Source: Mobula hypostoma (taxonomy: Eukaryota). From it: a DNA stretch of 64,000 nucleotides. This document shows, in pieces, positions 26,450 through 39,530 of the stretch. The stretch spans positions 96,412,001 to 96,476,000 of the forward strand of contig NC_086097.1 of assembly GCF_963921235.1 (NCBI RefSeq), read 5' to 3'. Under the pieces are notes generated by a model. It was not told the DNA's origin. It searched no databases and worked only from the letters and a program-made list of their open reading frames with translations. Position numbers and translations under genes: made by a program. Each line of letters begins with the position of its first letter. Positions within the stretch are counted from its first letter, which is position 1.

Positions 26450-28296
26450 GAAGAGGGAAGGGGCAGAGGCCCTATAAAGAAGGTGGGGGGAGGGTGGGAA
26501 GGTTCCAGGTGAAAAACCAGTAAGGGGAAAGATAATAGGGTGGGGGAGGGGAGGCAGGGAGGTGATAGGCAGGAAAGGTGAAGAAAGAATAGGGGAAAAC
26601 ACAATGGGTAGTAGAAGGAGGCAGAACCATGAGGGAGGTGATAGGCAGCTGGGGGAGGGGGCAGAATGAAATAGGGATAGGGGAAGGGAGGGGGAGGGAA
26701 TTACCGGAAGTTGGAGAATTCTATGTTCATACCAAGGGGCTGGAGACTACCTAGACGGTATATGAGGTGTTGCTCCTCCGACCTGGGTTTAGCCTCATCA
26801 TGGCAGTAGAGGAGGCCATGTATGGACATATCTGAATGGGAGTGGGAAGCAGAGTTGAGGTGGGTGGCTACTGGGAGATCCTGTCTGTTTTGGCGGACGG
26901 AGTGGAGGTGCTTGACGAAGCGGTCCCCCAATCTGCATCAGGTTTCACTGATGTAGAGGAGGCTGCACCGGGAGCACCGGATGCAATAGATGACCCCAAC
27001 AGACTCACGAGTGAAGTGTTGCCTCACTTGGGAGGACTGTTTGGGACCCTGAATGGTGGACAAACTTCCACTCAGCCCTCAAATTCACTTGGGTCTACCT
27101 CGGACACTTCGCTCCCTTTCTCGATCTCTCAGTCTCCATCTCTGGAGACAGACTGTCCACTGATATCTTCTACAAGCCCACTAATTCTCATAACTACCTC
27201 AACTATACCTCTTCCCACCCTGCCACATGCAAAAATGCCATTCCCTATTCCCAGTTCCTCCGTCTCCGCTGCATCTGCTCCGAGGATGAGGTTTTCTGTT
27301 CCAGGACATCTCAAATGTCCTCTTTCTTTAAGGATCATGGTTTCCCTTCTGCTGTCATCAATGATGTCCTCACACGCATCTCCTCCATTTCCCGCACTTC
27401 GGCTCTCACCCCATCCTCCCGCCACAACAGGGACAGAGTTCCCCTTGTCCTCACCTACCGCCCCACCAGCCTCCGGATCCAGCACATTATCCTCCGCAAC
27501 TTCCGCCACCTTCAACAGGACCCCACCACTAAGCACATCTTTCCCTCTCCACCCCTCTCCGCCTTCTGCAGGGATCGGTCCCTCCGTGACTCCCTGGTCC
27601 ACACGTCCCTCCCCACGGATCTCCCACCTGGCACTTATCCCTGTAAGCACAAGTGCTGCACCTCCTCTCTTGCCACCATTCAGGGCCCCAAATAGTCTTT
27701 CCAAGTGAGGCAACACTTCACTTGTGAGTCTGTTAGGGTCATCTATTGCATCCGGTGCTCCCGGTGCAGCCTCCTCTACATCGGTGAGACCCGACGCAGA
27801 TTGGGGGACCGCTTCGTTGTGCACCTCCGCTCCGTCCGCCAAAACAGACAGGATCTCCCAGTAGCCACCCACTTCAACTCTGCTCCCCTCTCCCATTCAG
27901 ATATGTCCATACCTGGCCTCCTCTACTGCCATGATGAGGCTAAACTCAGGTTGGAGCAGCAACACCTCATATACCGTCTAGGTAGTCTCCAGCCCCTTGG
28001 TATGAACATAGAATTCTCCAACTTCTGGTAATTCCCTTCCCCTCCCTTCCCCTATCCCTATGTCACTTTGCCCCCCTCCCCCAGCTGCCTATCACCTCCC
28101 TCATGGTTCCGCCTCCTTCTACTACCCATTGTGTTTCTCCTATTCTTTCTTCACCTTTCCTGCCTATCACCTCCCTGCCTCCCCTCCCCCACCCCTTTGC
28201 CTTTCCCTTTACTGGTTTTTCACCTGGAACCTACCAGCCTTCTCCTTCCCACCCTCCCCCCACCTTCTTTATAGGGCCTCTGCCCCTTCCCTCTTC

Positions 28297-28332
28297 AGTC
28301 CTGACGAAGGGTTCCGGTCCGAAATGTCGACC
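28297..28332 (+). ncRNA. Minimal type-I hammerhead ribozyme motif
   Basis: AGTC-CTGACGA-A-GGGT-TCCG-GTCC-GAAA-TG-TC-GACC. Confidence 0.75.
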
Positions 28333-28626
28333 GATCTTTTCCACGGATGCTGCCTGACCTGCTGAGTTCCTCCAGCATGTTGTGAGTGTCATCTTCATAA
28401 GGCCACGCCTCAGAAAGGCGGCATCCATCATTAAGACTCCCAGCACCCAAGACATGCCCTCTTCCCATTGCTACTATCAGGGAGGTAGTACAAGAGCCTA
28501 AACACTCAATGTTTTAGGAATAGATTCTTCCCATCTGCTATCAGATTCCTGAATGGATAGTGAATGCGTGTCCACTACCTCACTACTTTGTTCATTTTTC
28601 TTGTTCTTTTTGTCACTATATATTTA

Positions 28627-28649
28627 CACACACACACACACACACACAC
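28627..28649. repeat. (CA)n microsatellite
   Basis: Direct reading. Confidence 0.95.
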
Positions 28650-29588
28650 GATTCCAAACAAGTGGTTTCTATGTCTGCTTACCATTATCAAACCAGTCTA
28701 GTAGTTTTCCGAAAGGTATTGCCAGAGCTTCTACAAAATAATATTTCTTTAAAATACTATTCTAATATACCATCAGATAAAGCAATTTATATTGGATCTT
28801 TGATTTAACCAGATTGACTGACTTCACTGAAAAAATTAGAGAACCCCCCCTAAAAAGGACCCGAAATCCTTCTTTTAGATCACATCTAACCATCAAAGAT
28901 GAAAATCTGCTTCTTCATCTCAAAGTCAAACTGATTGTCATATGACAAATACATTATTGCACAGGTGCAACAAAAAAAAACTTGCAGCAGCATTATGGTA
29001 CCATAGCATCATATAAGCAGTATTTACAAGAAAAAACATGAATTATACACTTCTTTTTTTACAAGAACAAAGTCCATTTTAGTGCAAAGTGATCAAAATC
29101 CTCAATATTGTATTCTATCATCAGAACATTACTTGAAATAAAGGGTTACCCAAAACCACAGACAGTTGAGAACCGGATGAATTAACAGCCTCCAGCTTGT
29201 TGAATTCACATTCTAAAATGGGAGACGTCAAAACATCAGTGGTAGTTTAAAACTGTTCCATTAATTCAGACATAACAGGTCTCCTCCAGCGAAAAATTAT
29301 CGAAGACAGTTTATGTTCATTTGACCCAGCTGAAACAGTGCTTTTAATTTAGTTTACATATGTGACCTTCCACAACATTCAAATATTTAAATTTCAGATT
29401 TTGGTAATGGTCTTGGAAAGGATTCAGTGTTTATTTTCAATTATATTTCTTCTTTCACTGAATAAACTAATTTGCTTAGCACCAAAAGCAGATAAACATA
29501 ACATGTAACCTGTTACAGGTTAATGCAACATAACATGCAGCTGCTGTGTACCTTTTACTCATTAAGACTACAAGATATAAGAGCAGAA

Positions 29589-29716
29589 ACAAGAGAAAAT
29601 CTGCAGATTCTGTAAATCAAAGCTACACATAAAAAATGCCAAAGGAACTCAGCAGGCCAGGCAGCATCAATGGAAAAGTGTAAACAGTCAAGGTTTCAGG
29701 TTAAGTCCCTTCACGG
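29589..29716 (-). mobile_element. Short Penelope 3'-terminal fragment
   Basis: Homologous to 15204-15330; 8-bp TSD GAGCAGAA (29581-29588, 29717-29724). Confidence 0.8.
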
Positions 29717-29801
29717 GAGCAGAATTAGGTCATTTGGCCCATAGTGTCTGCTCCGCCATTTCATCATGGCTGCCTTATCTCCTGCCTTTTCCCAGTATCC
29801 C

Positions 29802-30116
29802 TTTTTTTATAGGCATCCGTTAGTCTCCATGAGACCATGGATTTGCGCCTTGGAAGGTTTCCAGGGCGCAGGCCTGGGCAAGATCGTATGGAAGACCGGC
29901 AGTTGCACATGCTGCAAGTCTCCCCTCTCCACACCACCAATGTTGTCCAAGGGAAGGGCACTAGGGCCGATACAGCTTGGCACCGGTGTCATCGCAGAGC
30001 AATATGTGGTTAAGTGCCTTGCTCGAGGACACAACACGCTGCCTCAGCTGAGGCTCCAACTAGCAACCTTCAGATCACTAGACTGACGCCTTAACCACTT
30101 GGCCACGCGCCAACAC
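29802..30116 (-). mobile_element. tRNA-derived SINE with CORE-like central domain
   Basis: Minus strand: box A TGGCCAAGTGG, box B-like AGTTGGAGCC, then GTGTCCTCGAGCAAGGCACTTAACC (resembles MIR CORE), terminal hairpin and short A tail. Confidence 0.85.
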
Positions 30117-30776
30117 TTTATGCCCGGCTTAATCAAGAATCTATCAACCTCTGCCTTAGATGTACCCAATGGCCTCCATAGCCGCCTGTGGCAACGAATT
30201 CCACAGATTCACCACTCACTGCCTAAAGAAATTCCTCCTCATCTCTGTTTTAAAGGACATCCCTGAGGCTCTGTCCTAAGTCTTAGACTTCCACTCCCCC
30301 CACCCCCATAGGAAACATCCTCTCCACATCTACTCTACTAAGGCTATTCAACATTTGATAGGTTTCAATAAGGTCACTCCTCATTCTTCTAAATTCCAGT
30401 GAGTTGAGGCCCAGAGGCATCTAACACTCCTCATATGTCACCCCTTAAAACACAGAGTCATTTTCATGAACCTCCTTTGAACCCTCTCCAGAGTCAGCAG
30501 ATCCTTTTTTAGACAAGGGGTCCAAAACTGCTCACAATACTCCAAGTGAAGCCTCACCATGCTTCATACAGCCTCAACATTACATCCTTGCTTTTATATT
30601 CTAGTCCTCTCGAAATGAATGCTAACATCGCATTTGTCTTCCTCACCAGCGACTCAACCTGCATATCAACCTTTAGGGAATCCTGCACAAAGACTCCCAA
30701 ATCTCTTTATACCTCAGATTTTTAAATTTTATTTCCATTTATAAAATAGTCTACACTTTTATTTCTTCGACTAAAG

Positions 30777-33700
30777 GCACGGATGTCACGGACCGATTGC
30801 AGGGCATCCTCAAGAGTGAAGGTGAACAGCCAGAAGTGGTAGTGCATGCCGACACAAATGATGTCAGGAAGAGGAGGAAAGAAATTCTGCAGCGTGACTT
30901 CAGAGAACTCGGAAGAAAGCTGAAAAGCAGAACCTCCAGGGTGGTTATCTCCGGTTTGCTTCCAGTTCCTCGTGCTGGTGAGGGCAGGAACAGAGAGATA
31001 GGGGATCTGAATGTGTGGCTGAGGAGCTGGTGCGGGAAGCAGGGATTTACATTCTTAGACCACTGGGATCTGTTTTGGGGCAAGGATGAATTGTACAGAA
31101 GGGATGGATTGCACCTTAACAGGCGGGGGACCAGCATTCTAGCAGGCAGATTTGCCACTGCTACACGGGTATGTTTAGATTAAGTAGTGGGGGGGGGGGC
31201 GGAGGAGAGGATATATAAGGATGGAGTTAAAGGAAAAGAGAGAATAAGGAAAGTTAAGAAAAACAACAGAATTAACGGGGCAGAAAGCTCAGGAAGGGAT
31301 CGGAGAGTATGGCAAAGTGCAATAGGAATCAATGTGAAAGGTGAGGGGAGTAATGGATTAAAAGTATTATATATGAATGCACGAAGTATAAGAAATAAAG
31401 TGGATGAGCTTGAGGCTCAGTTGGAAATTAGCAAGTATGATGTTGTAGGAATAACAGAAACATGGCTGCAAGAGGACCAGGGCTGGGAAATGAATATTCA
31501 AGGTATACATCCTATCGAAAGGACAGACAGGTGGGCAGAGGGGGTGGGGTGGTTCTGTTGGTGAGGAATGAAATTCAGTTCCTTGCGAGGGGCGACATAG
31601 AATGAGGAGATGTAGAGTCAGTATGGATGGAACTGAGAAATTGCAAGGGCAAAAAGACCCTAATGGGAGTTACCTACAGGCCCCCAAACAGTAGCCTGGA
31701 TATAGGGTGCAAGTTGAATCAAGAGTTAAAATTGGCATGTCACAAAGGTAATGCTACGGTTGTTATGGGGGATTTCAACATGCAGGTAGACTGGGAAAAT
31801 CAGATTGGTACTGGACCCCAAGAAGGGGATTTTGTGGAATGTCTCCGAGATGGATTCTTAGAGCAGCTTGTACTGGAACCTACCAGGGAGAAGGTAATTC
31901 TGGATTTAGTGTTGTATGATGAACCGGATTTGATAAGGGAACTCGAGGTAAAGGAGCCATTAGGAGGTAGTGACCATAATATGATAAGTTTTAAACTACA
32001 ATTTGAGAAGGAGAAGGGAAAATCGGAAGTGTCAGTATTGCAGTTGAACAAAGGGGACAATGGAGCCATGAGGGAGGAGCTGGCTAAAGTTGACTGGAAA
32101 GATACCCTAGCAGGGATGACAGTGGAACAACAATAGCAGGTATTTCTGGGAATAATACAGAAGGTGCAGGATCAGTTCATTCCAAAGAGGAAGAAAGATT
32201 CTAAGGGGAGTAAGGGGCAACCATGGCTGACAAGGGAAGTCAAGGATAGTATAAAAATAAAAGAGAAGAAGTATAACATAGCAAAGATGAGCAGGAAGCC
32301 AGAGGATTGGGAAACTTTTGAAGAGCAACAGAGGATAACTAAAAAGGCAATATGGAGAGAAAAGATGAGATACAAAGGCAAGCTAGCCAAGAATATAAAA
32401 GCTTCTTTAGGTATGTGAAGAGGAAAAAATTAGTTAAGACCAAAGTTGGGCCCTTGAAGACAGAAATGGGTGAATTTATTACGGGGAACAAGGAAATGGC
32501 AGACAAGTTGAACAGGTACTTTGGATCTGTCTTCACTAGGGAAGATACAAACAATCTCCCAGATGTAATAGTGGCCGGAGGACCTAGGGTAACGGAGGAA
32601 CTGAAGGAATTTCACATTAGGCAGAAAATGGTGTTGGATAGACTGATGGAACTGAAGGCTGATAAATCCCCAGGGTACTTAAGGAGGTGGCTCTAGAAAT
32701 CGTGGACGCATTGGTAATTATTTTCCAATGTTCTATAGATTCTGGATCAGTTACTGAGGACTGGAGGGTAGCTAATGTTATCCCACTTTTTCAGAAAGGA
32801 GGGAGAGAGAAAACAGGCTATTATAGACCAGTTAGCCTGACATCAGTGGTGGGGAAGATGCTGGAATCAATTATAAAGGATGAAATAGCGGCATATTTTC
32901 GATAGCAGTAGCAGGATAGGTCCGAGTCAGCATGGATTTACGAAGGGGAAACCATGCTTGACTAATCTTCTGGAATTTTTTGAGGATGTAACTATGAAAA
33001 TGGACAAGGGAGAGCCAGTGGATGTAGTGTACCTGGACTTTCAGAAAGCCTTTGATAAGGTCCCACATGGGAAATTAGTGGGCAAAATTAGAGCACATGG
33101 CATTGAGGGTAGGGTACTGACATGGATCATAAATTGGTTGGCAGACAGGAAACAAAGAGTAGGGATTAACGGGTCCCTTTCAGAATGGCAGGCGGTGACT
33201 AATGGGGTACTGCAAGGCTTGGAGCCGGGACCGCAGCTCTTTACAATAGACATTAATGATTTAGATGAAGCGACTAAAAGTAACATTAGCAAATTTGCAG
33301 ATGACACAAAGCTGGGTGGCAGTGTGAAATGTGCGGAAGATGTTGAGATAATGCAGGATGACTTGGACAGGTTGGGTGAGTGGGCAGAAGCATGGCAGAT
33401 GCAGTTTAATGTGGATAAATGTGAGGTTATCCACTTTGGTGGCAAGAACAGGAAGGCAGATTACTACTTGAATGGTGTCAAATTAGGAAAAGAGAAAGTA
33501 CAACGAGATCTTGATGTCCTTGTTCATCAGTCACTGAGAGTAAGCATGCAGGTACAGCAGGCAATGAAGAAGGCTAATGGCATGTTGGCCTTCATAACAA
33601 GGGGAGTTGAGTATAGGAGCAAAGAGGTCCTTCTGCAGTTGTACAGGGCCCTGGTGAGACCACACCTGGAGTATTGTGTACAGTTTTGGTCTCCAAATTT

Positions 33701-34191
33701 GAGGAAGGACATTCTTGCTATTGAGGGAGTGCAGCGGAGGTTCACGAGGTTAATTCCCAGGATGATGGGACTGTCATATGTTGAAAGATTGGAGCGTCTG
33801 GGCTTGTATACACTGGAATTTAGAAGGATGAGAGGGGATCTGACTGAAACATGTAAGATTATTAAGGGATTGGACACGCTAGAGGCAGGAAACATGTTCC
33901 CGATGTTGGGGGAGTCCAGAACCAGAGGCCACAGTTTGAGAATTGTGAACTCCATTTAGAATGGAGTTGAGGAAAAACTTTTTCACCCAGAGAGTTGTGG
34001 ATCTATGGAATGCTCTGCCTCAAAAGGCAGTGGAGGCCAATTCTCTGGATACTTTCAAGAAAGAGTTAGATAGAGCTCTTAATGATAGTGGAGTCAAGGG
34101 ATATGGGGAGAAGGCAGGTATGGGGTACTGATTGTGGATGATCAGCCATGATCACAGTGAATGGCCTACTCCTGCACCTATTGTCTATTGT
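30777..34191 (+). mobile_element. CR1 LINE, fairly young, 5'-truncated in ORF1
   Basis: ORF1 SGNH esterase (HADTND, DGLHLN); ORF2 YMNARS, ITETW, MGDFN, GSDHN, YRPVSLTS, YLDFQKAFDKV, KFADDTK, RPHLEYCVQFW; (CTATTGT)2 tail; TSD CTAAAG (30771-30776, 34192-34197). Confidence 0.96.
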
Positions 34192-34553
34192 CTAAAGTGC
34201 ATGACCATACACTTCCTGATAATGTATTCCATCTGGCACTTCTTTGCCCATTCTCCTAATCTGTCTAAGTCCTTCTGTAACCTGTCTGCTTCCTCAAAAC
34301 TACCTATCCCTCCAGCCTTCTTTGTATCATCCGCAAACTTGGCCACAAGACCACTGATTCAGTCAACCTAGTCACTGACATGTAACGTAAAAAGAAACAG
34401 TCGCAACACAGACTCCCTGTGGAACTCCACTGGTCACTGGCAGCCAACCAGAAAAGGGTGCCTGTTTTCCCCCCATTCTTTGCCTTCTGCCAATTTACCA
34501 ATGCTCTATTTAAATGCAGCCTTGTTACTCAAAGTAGTTTAATGCATATCCAT

Positions 34554-34659
34554 TGTGACGATATCCTGAGTTATTCATTATGGACTGTGCTTTTAAAGAG
34601 AGAGAGCGTGCAGCTGTACAGCACAAACAACTTGTTATGTGCGTGTGTGTGTGCATATG

Positions 34660-34737
<78 letters not shown>

Positions 34738-35466
34738 AGGGCGGGGAGAGAGGGAGGTGGGAGGGGCGAAGACTGCTCACAGTTTGTTTGGGATTTCTGC
34801 AAGGACACTGCCAGCTTCTGAGTTCCTACAGAGAGAGAAGAGAGGAGCTACTTGATGGACAGCTGGTGTTCAGCACAACAGTACTTAAACTAGTGTAATT
34901 GCTTGATTCACAGGACACTCAGATGCACTAAGGTGTGGTGAAGTTACTGCTATTCTGTTCAGGTGCCCATGAGTGTGGGACTGAGGATCGATTGTGAGGG
35001 ATCCATCTGTGATTATTAGTGCGTGAAAGAGCAACCCTGTGGAGTCTATCCGTGTGTCTAACCTTTGCCTGGGTTGGTAGACTATCGCTTGAAGACGGTG
35101 CTCTTAAGTTGGTCAAGTTTGGCTAACTTGGAAGTTTCAGAGGACAATGGGAAGAATCAACGGCATTGGCTTACTCAGACAACCTCAACACCTCTCCCTC
35201 TCCATCACTACTCAACTCAATACCACAAACTGAACTGAATTTTACCCATCATCGTAAGACTGTATCCATTTACCCCTAGGCTTGAAGAAGCTTGGTTTTT
35301 ATATTTCCACACTTACATATAATCATTGCTAACCTGTTTGATATATCTGATTTTTTGTTACTGTATTGCGTGGTTACTAATAAATACCATTAGTTAACAG
35401 CAATACCAGACTCCAAGGTGTTTTCCATTTCTGCTGGTTCTTTAACCCATTACAGGGTACGTAATA
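34554..35466 (+). mobile_element. Solo LTR (Gypsy-like)
   Basis: Termini TGTGACG...CGTAATA (inferred from CGTAACA), 4-bp TSD CCAT, AATAAA at ~35379. Confidence 0.8.
34638..34731. repeat. Compound microsatellite (GT)n-(TA)n-(GA)n inside the solo LTR
   Basis: Direct reading. Confidence 0.95.
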
Positions 35467-35761
35467 CCATTAAGAGAATGATTAAAGAAACAGAAAAATA
35501 ATCCAGAGGCTCTTGACATCAGAATTGATTCCAAACTGGAACATAACTAGAGGTATGAGGACATATGGCATATCAATATAATTCGATATGTTGCAGGCAG
35601 AGAGTGTAAATCTCCTCTGTAAACCAAGTAAATAACTTTGTTCAGTGGAAATCTCCAGTAACTAGAGGGGACCTTTACAGCACGTTCACACTAGGCACAT
35701 TTTGTGTATCTGAGATCAAAAACGGAACTAATCAATTAAAATATATGTGGTTAATAATCTT

Positions 35762-35882
35762 GAAAAGATCTGCAGATGCTGGAAATCCAAAGCAACACGC
35801 AGAAAGTGTTGGAGGAACTCAGCAGGTCGGGCAGCATCTATGGGAGAGAGTAAATAGTTGACACTTCGGGCCATCAGGACTC
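35762..35882 (-). mobile_element. Short Penelope 3'-terminal fragment, hammerhead partly deleted
   Basis: TCTGCAGATGCTGGAAATCC...CAGCATCTA terminus shared with the other copies. Confidence 0.8.
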
Positions 35883-37109
35883 TGTAGTTTATGTTCCTTT
35901 TGTATTAGGAAAGTGAAAATAATTTACTGTATACACTATGTGCATCAATTCTTATTCATTCCATTAGACTTTACAGTACAGATATATATTACCAAAATTA
36001 TGTTAAAGGAATGCAGGACCTCAGTTGTATAGACTACAGGGGTGCAGGGCTTAGATTGGTTTCCTTAAAAAGGGAAGGCTAAGAGAATATTTAACAAAGG
36101 TGTTCAAAATTAAGTGCTTTGATAGAGTAAATTATATGCCCTAATGACAGAACTGGTGGTAATTAGAAGCAAATTTGAGATAACTGACAAAGGAGATCAG
36201 AAAGTACTTTATAAAATTAGAACTCATTGTATGGTTTTTGAGAAGGTGGAAGTGAGCAAAACAATAATTTACTAAAGGAATTAGAATTATATAAATACAT
36301 GAAACAGAAAGTTTTGAGGTTTGAGGAAAGATCAGAGAGTAAAGGCTAATACTACTTTGGGAGGAAATGCAAAGCAAGAAGATACTATTCAAAGATTCCA
36401 TACAAATGAAAGTATATCAGAAAAGATCACCAAAATCAATTACTGTTCTGATTTAATAGAACAAGTAGTAATCGCTACTTAACAAAGTAAGAAATCATAC
36501 ATCAAAAACAGCAACAATGTCTGAACATCTTATACATTTCCTAAATGTCTCCAGCATTCTCTATTTTTGCCTCAGATATAATGATTCATTGCATTCAGAA
36601 GGCAGTTCCTATGTCAGAATTAGACCTTCCATTATGAGAACTTCAGACTTGATGTCAACACTGAGTACTTACAAGGAGTTTTCGTCCCACTAGTATACCA
36701 GTGTACTGTCGCCTTTGCTAATATCCCCTACCTATGAAACAAGATGTATGCAGATACTAAGATGGAGAACTCTGGGACATCAATCACAAGCTATGATTAG
36801 CTGCTTGACCAAAACATAGAATACAAAAATGCAGTGTAAAGATGCTTGTGAGGAAGGCCTTGCAAGATTTACAAGTCCAGAAGCGATTTTGCTCTATCTG
36901 AAACTAAAAGACTGCAGAATTTAGTATAATTGAATTGCATGGTAAGCATTTCCGTAGAGAGTTGATGGTAGTTACATTCAAACAAAGTAGAGTAGTAACA
37001 AGGACATTAATGAATTAGACAGGTTTCAATGACAATCTTGTAACTTTATGGTTACCATTATTAGTGAATTCTGCTTGCTCTAAATAATAATGGAAAAGTA
37101 TCTAATGGA

Positions 37110-38954
37110 AGCAAGGAGATGGAAGAAAGCAAATCCTATGGAATAAAGAAGTTAAAAGCTTATGTCAAAAAGCCAAAGAAGAATGGTTAAACCAGGAATG
37201 TGAGCAAATAGAAAGAATCCTTATTACTGATCCAAAAATGTTACATCAACAAAGGTTACATCGAGAATATCACTGGTAAAAAGCTCCTCTGTTCTTCAGG
37301 TGGATGTTTAGAAGCAAAGGATGGTACCATTATCATGGAAAAAATTGAGATTATGAACAGATGGACTGAGTATATTCAGGAATTGTTTGAAGATGATCAA
37401 GGTGAAAAACCAGAAATTAAGAAAAACATTGAAGGTCCAAGTATTTTGAAATCTGAAGTTCGTAATGCAATAAATAAGATGAAGAAAGGAAAGGCAGCAG
37501 GTCCTGATGAATTAGTAGTAGAACAAATTATCGCCCTTGAAGATTATGGAATTGAAAAACTTACTGATTTACACATATGAGACTGGAATAATACCAGAAG
37601 AGACGAAAAAAATCAGTACTTATCACTCTTCCTAAGAAACCTGGAGCAATAGAATGTGAATTACATAGCACCATAAGTTTAATTTGTCATATCACCAAGA
37701 TACTTCTAAGAATTTTGATTATAAGAGCTAAAAGTAAGATACAAGCTGAAATAGGTAAAGAACAATGTGGTTTTGTGAAAGACAAAGGTACAAGAAACGC
37801 AATACTGATGTTAAGGATACTATCAGGACGAGCTATTCAAGTGCAAAAAGATTTGTTTGTTTTATCGACTAACAAAAGCACTTGATAAAGTGAAGCACAA
37901 TAAGTTATTTGAAATAATATAGGAAACTCTAGATCTAGATTCGAAAGACCTCTGCCTAATCAGAAATCTGTACTGGGAACAAACTGCCGCTGTAAGAATA
38001 GGTAGAGAAGTGAGTCACTTTACGAAAATCAAGAGAGGTGTAAGACAAGATTGTGTTTTCTCCTTTGATTTATTTAATATATACAGTGAAACAATATTAG
38101 AAAAAATAAGGACATTTTGGGATTCAAAGTTGGCGGTAAAAACACCAATAATTTCAGATATGCGGGTGACACTGTCTTAATTGCAAGTACGGAGGAAGAA
38201 CTACAAAACTTAATTGATATAGTTGTTGAAGAAAGTGCAAAAATGGGTCTATCAATTGCAAAAAGACAGAATGTATGGTGATATCCAAAAAGAAGCAGAA
38301 TCCTATCTGCAGGCAGAGAATAAACGGGGAAGACATAAAACAATTACAGAACTTTTGCTACTTAGGAAGCTGGGTGACATCAGATGGCAGGTGCGACATG
38401 GACATCGAAAGAAGAATAGGGATGGCGAAAGACACCTTTACGAGAATGAAGAGTATACTGACCAATACTAAACTAGGCATGACAACCAGCCTCAGAGTAC
38501 TGAAATATTACATTTATCCAGTTACGTTATATGGCTCAGAATGTTGGACAATATCTAGTAATATGAGGAAATGAATTGAAGCAGCAGAGATGTGGTTTTT
38601 GAGGAGGATGCAAAGAATATCATGGATCATGGACAAAATAAATATCTAACAAGGATGTCATGAACAGAGCAAACACAAAAAAAGAAATAATGTATGAGAT
38701 CATGAAAAGGCAATGTAACTTCATTGGACATGTGATTAGGAAAGAGGAGTTAGAATGCACGGTAATTTTGGGAAAGATTGAAGGGAAGAAAGCAAGAGGA
38801 AGACAAAGACAAATGATAATGGAGACAGCAGCCAGACTACTGGAAATGAATACCAATGAACTGATTGACTTGACCCGAAACAGGAGTGTGTGGGCCATGG
38901 CAGTCAAAGCTCAAACTAGGCATGGCACCCGATGATGATGATGATGATGATGAT
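37110..38954 (+). mobile_element. RTE-clade LINE, 5'-truncated, decayed
   Basis: RWTEYIQELF, GKAAGPDE, GVRQDC, FRYAGD (YADD), FCYLGS, YGSECW; (GAT)8 tail. Confidence 0.94.
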
Positions 38955-39009
38955 CAAAGCGCTGCTCTTATAAATTAAGTGGTAGGTCTCCAAGCTAAAA
39001 CAATAATAT

Positions 39010-39530
39010 ACACTTAGTGGGCACATGACTAGAATCAGGAGTGGAATGCAGTATGGTTTTCTGCTGTGTAGCCTACCACTTCAAGGTTAAACGTGCTGTA
39101 CATTCAGAGATGCTCTTCCACACATCATTGTAATGTGTGGTTATTTGAGCTACTGTGGCCTTCCCGTCAGCTTGAAGCAGTCTTGCCATTCTCATCTGAC
39201 ATTCTCATTAACAAGGTGTTTTTGCCTACTGAACTGCTGCTCAATGGATTTTTTTCTTTTTCACACCACTCTCTGTAAACTCTGGAGACTGTTGTGTGTG
39301 AAAATCCTAAGAGATCAACAGCTTCTGGGATTCTGAGATCTGATACCAACAATCACTCCATGGTCAAAGTCGCTTGGATCACAGTTCTTCCCTATTCTGA
39401 TTTTTGGTCTGAACAACAACTGAACTGTAAGTACATATTCGGCATAGCATTGTGGCCGAAGGGCTTGTACTGTGCTGTGGGTTTTCTAAGTTTCTATGTA
39501 ACTGCTTGACTATATTTTGCATGCTCTTAT
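39010..39530 (-). mobile_element. Tc1-derived non-autonomous element remnant with a short CR1 tail insert (~39428-39499)
   Basis: End TACACTTAGTGG; HTH remnant EAVDLLGFSHTTVSRVYREW; insert flanked by AACTG. Confidence 0.75.

Larger units (their letters stand above)
26320..28388 (-). mobile_element. Penelope-like element, second subfamily, with ~700-bp inverted arms (junction ~27060)
   Basis: GIY-YIG on + (VIYCIRC..LYIGETRRRLGDRF, 27705-28031) and on - (26701-27059); 15-bp TSD TCATCTTCA(C/T)AAGGC at 26305-26319 and 28389-28403. Confidence 0.95.
25050..28600 (+). mobile_element. Rex/Babar-like LINE, decayed, interrupted by a Penelope element
   Basis: [59 protein letters not shown]; resumes at 28389. 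Confidence 0.88.
29562..34500 (-). mobile_element. CR1 LINE 3' part hosting three insertions (Penelope terminus, SINE, second CR1)
   Basis: CR1 tail at ~29565; RT C-terminal sequence continues across each insert and resumes at 34192. Confidence 0.85.

Noticed and set aside
26836..27896. 290-aa and 255-aa overlapping ORFs
   Set aside because: Off-frame and antisense readings across the Penelope inversion junction
30040..30116. tRNA gene
   Set aside because: Degenerate box B, followed directly by a CORE-like domain and tail; it is a SINE head
32958..33959. 333-aa RT ORF as an active CR1
   Set aside because: ORF2 has several upstream frameshifts and stops, and ORF1 is truncated
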